Assembly: GCA_964035545.1 (NCBI GenBank)
Contig: OZ037767.1
Span: 5,782,707 to 5,846,706, forward strand
Origin: Bugula neritina
Lineage: Eukaryota; Animalia; Bryozoa
Reading direction: 5' to 3'
Length of the DNA stretch: 64,000 bases
This document shows positions 14,871-42,052 of this stretch, piece after piece; positions within the stretch are counted from its first letter, which is position 1; each line of letters opens with the position of its first letter. The notes beneath the pieces are model-generated. The model did not search any database. It was not told where the DNA came from and saw nothing but the letters and a program-made list of their open reading frames with translations. The position numbers were made by a program, and so were the translations under genes.

Positions 14871-15083
14871 AGCAGCTGTGGTCTAGGGGTTAGAGCATTT
14901 GCCTAGTGAACACAAGGTCATAGGTTTGAGCCTGGACAAAGGTCATTGGTGATGTTAGGAGGAGCATCCAGTCATAATTGCTCCTGTGCCTCATGTATTC
15001 AAATAAGTCCTTAGCCCGCTTTAACAAAAACTCTTTCCATCGGGTTTCTCACAGGGATAGTGACTGTAAACTTGCGTAGGTTT
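14871..15083 (+). mobile_element. tRNA-derived SINE (family 1), intergenic between B and C
   Basis: GTGGTCTAGGGGTTAGAGC...GGTTTGAGCC, core CATCCAGTCATAATTGCTCCTGTGCC, 3' part TTCTCACAGGGATAGTGACTGTAAACTTGCG. Confidence 0.8.
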
Positions 15084-16081
15084 TTTTCAAGCCAGTTGGC
15101 ACCATTTTGCTTAGATACATTGCACAGTTAACCTCAACACGATGCAGTTGACATGACTTGCTTGCTGCAATGGGTTCTGTTAACTTCACATAAGCAAGCT
15201 TGATAAATCAGCTGATGTGCAAACAATAGCTTGTGTCGACCATAATTTAAAAAGATGTTTAAAAAGATTATATAACAGCTCAAGGTAGTAATTTTATTGT
15301 GAAATGCCGATTATTTGGGTGCCAATAAGAAACAACTACAATGGTATCATTACAAAGTATTTAGGAGCTATAATATTACCGATAACAATTTATATACCAG
15401 AATATAATAAAAGCCCATGCTACTATGAATATATAGCTATAGTGTATAGAATATATATTTATATGTTTAGCTATTACATTCTGTCTACTCCTTAATCCTT
15501 TTATTAATACTTGCAGATTTATACTACAAAATCAATAATTAATATGAGACAAACCTTGTTTTCAGCTTTTTTGTTTAAATTACTTGCTTTAAACATACTT
15601 TTAATCAGTTTTAAAGCAGAAAGTTTTCGAACACATTGTCTTTCCATGCACAAAGGTAATGCGAATGTATGGCTACTCAGCTATCACAGTGTCTGTCAGT
15701 GACTGAAGGTCAGTATGTAATTGAATTAGCAACTATGATGCTGATACAGTGGGAGACAGCAAGTTCTGGTTGTAATAAATATGCTTTGATGTAAATCACA
15801 AGGCTTAATGAAATTAAATTTTAAATTCCATAGAAAATTACTATAATATAAGCAAATATCCCTTAAGAGTTTCAGACTAGTATATGTAACCACAGGGACT
15901 CTCTTAAGGAATACCAGTTAAATTTAATTAAACATTCTATATAATATTCTATATAATATTCTATATGTTTTATATATTATAAGCTTACATACCAATGCAA
16001 TGCTTGTTAGCCTACTTTAAGAGTAGATTGAATTAATAAAAGTTGGATAATTATTATGAATTATCTGACTAGTAAGATAGG

Positions 16082-19000
16082 TTACAATATATTTTGGTAT
16101 TGGCTTTTTGCCATAAACATGTTGGCTTCTTCGATGGTTTCCGGAATTTTCTTCTTGTTAGTTTCTGGCAAGAAGTAGGAGCTGACTGCACCGAGTAGCA
16201 TTGCAATGCCGAAGACCAATGCAGCAAGACCTGGTCCAAACACTGTTTCTACATGTAAATTCTGTAACAGCACAAGACATAGTTATTGAAAAGTTGATTC
16301 ATAGAAATAACTCAAGTGCATAAATTGCTGAAATAAAATTTGAATTTACTGAAGTGTATACAAATAAAAAATTTATTTCAACAATTGTCATTCAAAAGAA
16401 AGCAAAAATAAATTGAATTGACATTTTTCTTAAAATAATGCAAAAAAAACTAAATTTTAGAATAAGTTTTTTATCTCAGTTTAATGCTATAGTAAATAAT
16501 GGCTATATATCATTGGGAATACAGCATTGTGGTTCTTTATTTATTATTTTGTACTCCAACCTGCTTAACTTGACTTACCAAGTCAACAATTACAGGTGAA
16601 AGAAGGATTCCTATTCGTGCAGCTAGTGATGACAACCCAATCAAAGTGGACCTCAGAGTTGTAGGATAAATCTCCATACTCCAGAAATAAGCAAATGTGA
16701 ATACTGCTGATATTCCCATTTTACCCAACATGGATACTATGATTATTACATAATAGTGTTCTGAAACAAAAATAGGCCAAAGATATTAAAGAAATGATTA
16801 ATTTTCATTTCACAATAACTTGAGACAAAAGAGCAGCATGTCAAAAGTCAAATAAAATAACATTTTTTACCTTCATATTGATAAAAACCAAATTTATTAG
16901 TTTATAAGATGTAAAGATTAAATAAAATGCACATAAAGTAATATCTCTGCAGTAGACGCAAGATGAAAAAAGTTTTTTTATATAATATCTCTGTGCAGAT
17001 TTAACCTAGATACGTTTGAGTACAATAGACTTACTGGAAAGGTCCATGTATACAATAAGAAATGATGAAGATATCAATGAGATGGCTCCAAGTGACAGGT
17101 TGAAAACAGTGATGCACTTCCTGCCAAGTTTTTGAGAGAGAAGAATAAACACGATGCTCGGCAAATCAGGAAGTCCCGAGAGAATGACGTTGTTGACGTA
17201 AATACTACCAGCGTGGTTAGACACGTTGAAACTTAGCCCATAGTAACTAAGTCCAGCTACAAACCTACAAACAAAATAACAGTCTTTAAGTAATCAAAAA
17301 CTAAAACAAGGTGGAAACTGGCAAGTATAGCGGGATATAAACAAATGTTAAGCAACTAAATCGTTCAAACAAAGGCTATCACTATAAAATTTCTTAACAG
17401 ATTTATAAAAATAAAACTCTTTAAATGCTGCTTTCAACTGTGCAAAAGAACCAACACTTTAGTGAAAGTAAGGCCACTCATATCCTTTCTTTCTTTCTAA
17501 AAATATAAACTTCAACTAAGATAGTTTATGCTGTTATTAAGACAAAAAGGAAAATCTAAAATACTGCCTGCAGCTATAGCAGTAAATACGGTTATACGAT
17601 AAAAATGAAAGTAATATCTTTGTATCACAATTTAAGTTAAGTGTAGCAATTTAAAGGAGCAGCCATTGCTACCAGACCAGGATAAAGTAGAAATAGGTGA
17701 GAAAATTTGAAATAATCCGCTCTACTTACCAGAGATAAAACAAAAGAAGTGTGCGTTTGAACAGAACTGGTGCCTGAAGAATTACTCTAAGTTTATCTGT
17801 TTTTGGAGTGTTGCTCTCTTCTTTCACCTCTTCTATAAATTTTTCCGCTATAGGCTTGCCATTCTTAGATGCAATATGCTTAAACAAAGCTTCAGCTTCC
17901 TCAATCTGTCCATTAATTATCAGAAAGTGTGGCGTTTCTTTGAGGAATCTAGTGATTTTAAAAAACATTATTTATTTTAAAAATAATGCGACAAGTTTGC
18001 TAAAAATCTGCTCTAAAGCATTTCAACTATAATTAAGCAACAAAATAATTTTGCGTCAAGCTGTATACAGTGTTAGTTCGTAGTATGTACTAACACTTAT
18101 ATTATAATGTTATTAAATGCATGGATAAATTTATTTAGATTTTAGTTGCTTTCCTTTAAAAAGTCCAATGAGTTCAGACAGTTTAGTTACCAGATAAACT
18201 TTAACATAGCATAAAAATATGATTACACTCTATGCATTATTACCAATAAGGTGGGCCAACTTATAAATAAACACATCATTAACCATTGTTATCTCAATAT
18301 AGCTGATTTGCATTTCTTACACAATAAAAGAGAATCCTACTGCTATTGGTATGATTGAAATTATCAGTTGAAACCAATTCCAATCCTGGACATAGTACGC
18401 CAGCACAGAAGTGAACACAACTCCTGATGGCCAGAACAAACTTTGAACAGACACTGCGTAGACTCTTAGACTCGGTCCAGTGATTTCCATAACTGAAACA
18501 ACATAACACGCATAATTATTTTATTCTTCAAGCTACAGAAACCCATGGAGATAAGAGTGATAGGGCCTAGTATGTGCTAGATCATGAGGTCAGTTCCTGG
18601 CAGCGTCATTGGTGATGACGAATCACTTATTAGATACTTATTAATCATACAATTTTACTAATGATACATATGAGTCATGATTTAGTTGGGTAAACCCACC
18701 CATGATGTGTGATATCACAAGAGCCCCGACTAAACACGAGGTAATTATAAACCTCAGAGCAGCAAACATGTAGTAATTCAGAGAGAATGCTGCAAGCATG
18801 CCTGCTATTCCAGCGGTAAAATAAGTGCCTATTATGGTTAACCTTCTGCCATATCTAAAACAAAACCATTATATAGTTAGCACAACATAAGAAATCTTTC
18901 TTTCAGGTAAGCTAACAAAATAAGAAAATGTTATTATTTTCTTATTTTGTTACCTTCTGCCATATCTAAAACAAAACCATTATATAGTTAGCACAACATA

Positions 19001-20523
19001 AGAAATCTTTCTTTCAGGTAAGCTAACAAAATAAGAAAATGTTATTATTTTCTATAATGTTTTTTTTTATATTAATTGCTGCCATTTACAGGTCAGTGCT
19101 AGGAATGATGGAGTTACCAAACTTTACTGATTGATAAAGTTATTTAACCAATATGGCATATGAAATTATTCTCTTACGATTGATAAATCAGGTTACCTTT
19201 ATATTATAGAGAAATTGCACTATACTACCGATCTCTATGTGTACTTATTGGTTGAATAACTAAGTTTTAAAGTACTACCTATCAGCTAATGGCCCCATGG
19301 TAAGAGATCCAACCAGCAGTCCACTGGTTGACGCAACTTTAACAGCAGTGCTAATCCAGAGCTGGTCACAAAACATTCCAAACTGAAACACATAAATTTG
19401 ACTGGCTAAGCAACTCAGGAATAAAATTTTAATCAACTTATGTACAGAGATATACATTTAAAATTAGCTTAGATGTCTATCAGAGCTCTATAACTGTACT
19501 AAACTCAATAGAAGGAAGTTAAGTCAGCTGTGCAAATTTGCTGTTTTAAATAAAACTGGTGTCACTGAAGCTATGTGAGAAGAAAATATCCTTTGGAAAA
19601 CTTTGACATTTGAAATTGTATCATATACGTAAATTATAAGCGACTGCAGTATGCAAGCACAGCAAATAATTTCTTCGTAAGAATTTTTTGTTCCAAACCT
19701 GCAGTCATAAAATATAGCGATAGAGATTTGAAACTGAAACATGTATGCTAATTGAGAATGGCAGATGTAGGATAAAGGAAGATGAATTTAAAAAAATACC
19801 TCCTCAATCAGAGTGACTCCAGTGTGAACTGATTTGTCAAATACATATTGTTTACAGAAGTCTGCTGTTTGATTATTAATTATCCCATTACTGCTGTTAT
19901 AAATCTTGCAAGAGCTCAATGTGCCGTCTTCATCAACTGGTATCCATTGATATATTGATTGATTGTGAACTTCACTGAATGGGAAGTATGTATCATTTTC
20001 ATAGCCTGGGATCTTGCATCTAAAATTGTGGTATTTATTATCGAAAAGTTCATTTAAAATAGATCTACAATCTGTCTATATAAATTCTCACTTATTCTAA
20101 AGCAGTTAAGTTGCCATCCAAAAGCAATTAGTGGGTAACAACCAATGGCTTTTAAAAAATTAGAAACTTGTAATATAACTATAAAACCACACGAGTGAAG
20201 AAAAAGCCTATATATAGATATTAAAAAGAATGTGCATAACTGAGGTAAATGGAATAGCTTTATATAAGAATTTAGGATGAATATGTTGTTGAGAATATCT
20301 TAATTATCTTCGAAGGCACTATATTGCAGAGTTACTTTACAGCAATTGTTAAACAAATTGTATTTTACCTGTGATCAGGTAGGATGGAGTGAAATACAAT
20401 AGCTAGTAAATGACATGAAGATATAAATGGTCCAGAGCAGATTAGCAGAACTTGTAGCCATTGGTACTTGCCGAGACCTCCAACTTTTTCAAGTATGGCA
20501 TCGACGTTATAGTTAGCCACCAT
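16082..20523 (-). CDS. SLC22-family organic ion transporter paralog C, 9 exons, ~538 aa
   Basis: Exons 20369-20523, 19800-20019, 19279-19382, 18700-18854, 18321-18492, 17730-17948, 17035-17264, 16579-16760, 16082-16261 (in-frame TAA). Motifs DRYGRR, EITGPSLR, EIYPTTLR, ARIG, LPET. Confidence 0.9.
18841..19052. repeat. Tandem duplication (period 111 nt) of the exon-4 acceptor region of C
   Basis: ACCTTCTGCCATATCTAAAACAAAACC...AAAATGTTATTATTTTCT occurs at both 18841 and 18952. Confidence 0.95.
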
Positions 20524-21794
20524 GCTTACACACCACAGCTTACACACCACAGCTCACTCTATACAACTCACTCTATACAGATCATTATACGCAGTATAAG
20601 CACTACTTCTGTACTGCTATTATAGTCAAGAGTGAGTCAGAAAAGGCACGCAGACTGGCAATAGAAATATCTACTGTAAACTTTCACATATTAACCTTAA
20701 TGTGTTTCTCCTTAATGTATACCAATAACTGAAATTTTAATCCAATACTTTTAGATCGCACTTACTGTTTATATGATTAGTTAAACTGGTTGTAGTGATT
20801 GCCATATATTAAAAATTTAAACATAATTTCCATCCTAACGAAATAAGTACAATAATCGATTTACTTTAAATTTAGATATTTAGAAATAAAGATGTTTTAG
20901 GAATATTTGATAACTTATTATTCAAATACCATTAAAAGCATTCATTATTTTTATTGCACAAAATTAATAAAAAAATTTAATTTTCTTTTAATTAAGCATC
21001 ATGGCAGGTCACATAGAGCCAAAATTGATATCTATACAGTAACTATGTTGCCCATACTAAACAAAGTACCACTTCAAAGGGTTGTTCTATCACTTTAATA
21101 CATTATTATACTCAGTAAACCTTATTCAGGTGTGACTGCCGGTATACTAGCTCCTTCTAGACTAAAATGCTGGTACAATATACATATAATACAATAGTAT
21201 GACATGTTTTACATAGTCAACACTACTTGATATGCATTTAGTTCTCATTTTTGCTCAGCAATTCTAGCTACCAAAACTGGGTACTTTATTTTTCTCAAAT
21301 TTTTTAAAAGTAATTTAGAAAATTATTATTTCAATAAAAAGTGGATAACTCCATTTGTTGTTGTAACCCCAAGTTATCCCACCAATTCTGACAGACAGTC
21401 ACAATTTATTGTTCTTTATGCAAAAATCTTCAGATGGTTATTTTTAGTTAGGAAACAGCAAAAGAAAATCGTATTGCAGCAGCACGTTTTAAATGCATAA
21501 TGCATAATGCATAGAATATATGAACCAGCAAAAAGATAGTATTATAGTACTTACATTGATACACTGTATACTCCACCAGCAGTGGGTAGCAGTGTATACT
21601 ATTCTCAGGGAGATTTCAGTCTCTAGTTTGAAACATTTTTAGCTACTGTGCTTCTAAGGCATGACTCAAAAGTCTTATAACAGTTTGCCAGTGATTGATG
21701 TGAAGTTTGACTGAGATATTCCACTTTGGATAAAAAAATAGAGAGGAGAAAACTCCATCTTGTTTACTCAATATTACTTGCTTTAAAGTTAAAC

Positions 21795-21930
21795 ATGTGT
21801 GCGTGTGTGCGTGGTGTGTGTGTGTGTGGTGTGCGTGGTGTGTGTGGTGTGTGTGGTGTGTGTGGTGTGTGTGTGTGTGTGTGTGTGGTGTGCGTGTGTG
21901 TGGTGTGTGTGGTGTGTGCGTGTGTGTGTT
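21795..21930. repeat. (GT)n/(GTG) compound microsatellite
   Basis: Directly visible. Confidence 0.95.
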
Positions 21931-23076
21931 TGTTTTTTTTACAACATATATAGCATATATAAAAAGTTACGCAATATAAAAATATTATAAAGTGGGCACA
22001 TTATATAAAGAACCTGCTTCTACATTCTATAACATGCTTAAAATATTTTCATGCTGACGTCTAAAACAACCTTTCACCATTGCCATTACTGCTGTATTAT
22101 ACAAGCTGTGTAGCTGTGCTGCAGGTAGTACCCAATGTTCTGATTTAAAACTAATTCAATACTAAAAGTATATTTCTCAAAGAAAGTTGAACATGCAGTA
22201 ACATAATATTACAATCAAATATTGTATAAAAAAGATTTCCGCCTAACTCCCCAATAACACTTTAGATGTTACCTTTTATGTTTTGACCCCCAAACAGATA
22301 AATTGATATTTTCCAACTCAGATTTGACTAAAGAATTTCTTATGCAACGTACGACATACCTAAAATATTATTATTTTAGTTTAAGCTACATTCAAGCTGA
22401 ATATTAAATAGAAGCACGCATACATTGCCTGATAACATCAAATTAAGTTGACACTAGAATCTTAATTTCATAGTGTCCCAATCTTATTGATGTGAAACCT
22501 TCAATTACCTAGCTTGCATATATAATCAATATAAACAAATCTTTATACTAATTATAGATCATGTTGTTGTTTATATATAGTCAAAACTTTGAATAAATCA
22601 AACATGTAAACACTCCATATATAAGAAAATACATTGAGGGTTTAAATGGCGGTTTATTGCCAGTACTTCAAGCACCAACAAATTGAATTTATATTTCACA
22701 GTATAAATTTCCATTTATAGGTAAAGTTTTTATACTTTAGTTTTATTTAAACCTGCTGTTTAATTAGTCTTTTTAATGTGTAATGGCATTGGGTATTTGC
22801 AAAATTATTTAATTAGATACTAACTTTTCTTTTTCAAACATTTTAATTAGGCCTAACAAGCAAACTAAATATTGTTGACATCATTGAAAGTTAAAATAAA
22901 ATGCTATAATTAAAAACGGTATTTATTCAGTATTAAATTGTACATATGACACTGAATGATGTAGAAGAATTATGGTAGATGCTGCAACTTGTAGAAGAAT
23001 TATGGTAGATCCTATTTATACAAGCTGCAAACTAGTGATCTCAAATCAGTAACTGATAGCAGCTTGTCTAGAAAGC

Positions 23077-29345
<6,269 letters not shown>

Positions 29346-30358
29346 AGTTTCTTCTCAAAATGAAAAACACAGCATTTTTGAGAATACTGTAATGTCTAGC
29401 ATTAGTATCTAAATAGCATGCAATAACTTTAGAATGCTCTGCTAATATTTTTGTCTTCGAAGCCTGTTTTCAACTTGTATAAGATATAAATAATTATATA
29501 CTAGTTGAACTATTTTGACACAGCAATAGCACATTTAATAAAGCAGCATGCCAGTATATTATCCCAATTTTCAAATTTTAATAAAACTAATAACTATAAT
29601 TATGACTACAACTTGGTTCTGTGGGTCATTAATTGCTATAAATTAGAACTATGCTCCTATTATAGAAATTCTTTGTACAGTACTTGCTAGATTAGTAGCA
29701 TTTATTGCAAATTCTGTAGAAACATGCTTAAAAATATATAATAAAATTCTTGGCCAATCAAAGCTATTAAACTACAATAATTGCACGTTTGCAGTTATCT
29801 CTCTTGATAATATAATTACTAATTGTTAACAGCTCAACATTGTAGAAATTAGCAATAATACAAGTTTATCGTAGAAAATAGATGCTTGCTAGATGGAGCC
29901 TAATTTGTTTCTATTTCTATAGAAACTTGATATGAAATTATTCATATTATTATTATTTTATTGTTGATAATAATGCAGTATAATAAAAAATAGCTAAAAA
30001 TGGCAAATTAAAATTATTTGTTAACTTTGAAATGTCTCATACAATAAAATAATTTTAAAAATGTGTAATAACAGTCATAATGCCTTAACACAAACTTTTG
30101 ACAATTGAGCATTGTTCTAATTATTTTGTGGTATATCACAAATAATGGTCATGAGTAAAAAATTCCTGACTAAAATTGTTATCCAATAAGATGATTACAA
30201 ATCAGTGATAAAGCCATTACGGCCAATTAAAAAATTACAATTGTCTTCCGATTGTTATTTTTCTTAAAAAAGGAAGCAGATTTTGATGAAAAATCAGTCA
30301 AGCTTAATCATCAAAACTATACCAACAGCTAAGAAGATTACAGAGAACCTTCAAAGAG

Positions 30359-31726
30359 ATGTCTGAAGTAACTACAGAGATTCAGCTCAATATGATACCA
30401 GTGATAAAGGAGGGGAGTCAGTTGGACTGGAAATCACATCAGAGCAGTGATGACATGTACGTTATTGTCCCAGACAGAAGGTCACCGTCGGACATTGACT
30501 ATTACAGTAAGTAGATTTTATGTTTATAATATTAGTTGTTGTATTCAGACCGAATTCATTATACATGGTGTGGCCCCAGAATGCAATTAAAATGAGAACT
30601 GCATGCAGCCTCAAATAATTTAATAAATTTATATATAGACTGTAAATACTTTTCATGGCCAAAGCATACGTATAACTTGTTTCATTATGTTTAAAGAGTT
30701 TAGCTGCAGTGTCTTAATGCGTAAAATTTCTTTTCAGTGGATTCGACGAAAAATCTAAAATATCAAATCTGGTTCGTCAAACAAAATGGTAAGTATTCAA
30801 ACTATACGAAGACTAATTATAGTAGACATTTCAAAACTAACAGCACTAAACATGCCATGGTACAACCATCACGCTAACTGCATAGTATATATTGGACTTA
30901 ATGCTTGAGAATTTATCAAATATTTACACCTAAGCGTGTATAGTACTTTGCTAGAGATGACACTCCATAATCTTGTGAATTATATTTTGTAGATATCCAT
31001 ATGGATGCGGTGGCGAATGCCACAGTGCAGGCAATGAAGAAGCGTTACCTGCACTGGAGATTATGGGAAAAAGGTAAACTGGTGTACCCTCTGAAAATGA
31101 AAGACCAACTCCTCCACATGAGCCACCTCACCAGCCAAGGTACACCAGTCTGGTGTCTTCCCACAACAGTGGGTAAGTCAATAGTTATGTTGTTGAGATA
31201 CCAAGCTGTTAGAAACATGCTAACAAGGTAGCAGTATTGGAATGTATCAAGTCGATAACAAATGCATGAGAGGAAAATATTGTAGTATGTCTGTCGCCAT
31301 GCTCAAATATTCATGTAGTATTCGTATTAGTATTCTCACCATAGCCACCACTTAATATATCATAAAAGTATTAGGTTAGTATACTGTTATTGTATCAACT
31401 GTGTATTTCAATATTTGTAGAAGTGATTGAAAAACAAGACCCTCTCATCCAATTTATAATCGAGCAAGGTGGCCGGCTGAGACGAGCAGATGTAAGGTAG
31501 TGGCAGATCCATGAAGTAAGTATAAGAGTATGGCTTTTATCTTCTGCATATCTTATATCACTGCTCACTCGCTACTTTGTTTTGTTTTATCATACTTCTT
31601 CACCTTGTAACAATTTGATTAATTTATTTACAGAAATATAGAGCAATGGAAAAAGTGGGCATTTGTGCTGCTGTGGGTCTAGCTGCCACTGCCTTAGAGT
31701 ATGCTGCCTATAAAACATTCTTTTGA
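30359..31726 (+). CDS. Uncharacterised 5-exon gene, ~180 aa, hydrophobic C-terminal tail (not SLC22)
   Basis: Exons 30359-30506, 30738-30788, 30993-31172, 31421-31491, 31634-31726 with GTAAG donors and YAG acceptors; phases 1/1/1/0 join into one ORF of 543 nt. Exons are GC-richer than the flanks; AATAAA at ~31780. Confidence 0.72.
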
Positions 31727-32222
31727 GCAGCATACTCAAAAAATATATTATTTGTTACTTACAGGTGAGGTCTTTTTTAAATAAAAACGTTTGTCCATGT
31801 TAAGGGATTGGTTTTGTATTTGATAAAAAACAGCAAAATAACATCCAAGCATGAAGCAACATTTTTAAAATAATTGCACCAACAGTTTTCAAATTTCACA
31901 TTCCAAATGATAATAATTTTGCAAGTTTGCGAAATAAAACAATGAATTATAGATTAACATTTCATAGCTTTTATTTTGGCAATACACAGAGAGCATCCAG
32001 TAGACACTTCATGCAAGCAAGCCAAATGTATTTATAATAATCATAATTTTTAGTGCAAATTATAGATAACAAATTGCAACAATTTTAAAATGGAATAATC
32101 TTGTTCCTGAACCATTAACAGCATAAATATACAAGACTAAGCCCACATTCCTTTTATAAGTGGCATAATAGTAGACCTACGTTGATTGGTTGATTACCAC
32201 CACTACTTTAAATAAAACTTTC

Positions 32223-32300
32223 ACCCCCCCTCGCCTAGATTCAAACCCCTGACCTCCACCTTGTAAGCAGGAGAGTTGACCATTACACCATGGACCACTG
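32223..32300 (-). mobile_element. tRNA-like SINE head or degenerate tRNA pseudogene
   Basis: Minus strand: GGTCCATGGTGTAATGGTCAACTCTCCTGCTTACAAGGTGGAGGTCAGGGGTTTGAATCTAGGCG, with A and B boxes but imperfect stems. Confidence 0.5.
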
Positions 32301-33202
32301 GGTAAACTCAACACTTCAAGACATCATGCTGGGCAAAGACAGTGTCTGAGGGCTTATAGTACAGCAGCAAAAGATCATAAAATATTATAAAATTTCCAAC
32401 AGTGTAACTGTAGTCTAAACAATTACTTGAGTTTATAATAATTACATGATAAACTAGTTATACACAGTGTCTCCATTGCTTCCCATTATTCAATGGATGC
32501 TCATTTGATTCACTCTATGCAACTGTTCCCAAGCATGTTTCCTTACGCAAAAGAGTACATGTGAAAATAGAGTTTACCATCCTAAATTGAAAATATATTA
32601 TTCCATGTTTGCAAGTCTATTAGTTGCTATTAGTAACTTAGTCACGTTATAGACAACAGTTGTGACTATAGCAGTTTACTGCTATATAGATATCAGACTC
32701 ACAGCTAATTATACACCGCTGCCCTAAGTGAACGTATACATCAATAAAAGCTTTCAAAACACTTTTACGAAAATTTTAGACTGCACACATCAGAATATAT
32801 AATATGCCATCAACATCCGTTTTCATAGAAGTGAATTATGAATTAAAAATTAGCTTTGTGCAACTGCTTGTATTTCTAGGCCATAATTATATGTAAACTA
32901 TAATATGATTATGCTGCAGGATTATAGCATGCAATGACTATTATAATAGCTAATATTAGGAGTAAGTTAGAAATTGGTGTTATATGTTGATGAACTATTT
33001 TAATAATGTGATAGATTATAATATTATAATGATTTAAAAATGAGCTTTTAATAAAATATAAATACTATTAGTTTTGCATTCTACAATAATTGCATGTAAT
33101 TTATATACTGATATTAGACAGAATAGTATAAGCATAACAGTATTATAAAAATAAATGTTTCATGTATTATTTCATGCAAAAACAAAATACTATCATTCTG
33201 TT

Positions 33203-41854
<8,652 letters not shown>

Positions 41855-41917
41855 GCTCTCTAGATGAGCTGCTATCAGTTACTGATTTGAGATCACATGT
41901 TTGCAGCTCATAGATAA

Positions 41918-42052
41918 CATCTACCTACCATAATTCTTCTAAAAGTTGCAGTATCTACCTACCATAATTCTTCTACAAAGTGCAGCATTTACCATAATTC
42001 TTCTACAATTTGCAGTATCTACCTACCATAATTCTTCTACAAAACGCAGCAT
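41918..42052. repeat. ~30-34 nt minisatellite, 4 copies, just upstream of the E start codon
   Basis: Unit (TACC)TACCATAATTCTTCTACAAnnTGCAG; two copies at the homologous site of D (22960-23010). Confidence 0.85.

Noticed and set aside
20524-20580. Short tandem duplications directly upstream of the C start codon
   Set aside because: Ordinary 14-15 nt slippage duplications with no evident consequence
30549-30620. Extra exon of the orphan gene after TTCAG at 30548
   Set aside because: Needs a 42-nt intron and hits an in-frame TGA; skipping it gives a clean ORF
32223-32300. Possible functional tRNA gene
   Set aside because: Acceptor and T stems do not pair properly; better explained as a SINE head or pseudogene
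41918-42052. CRISPR-like array
   Set aside because: Tandem units without unique spacers, eukaryotic context, no cas genes
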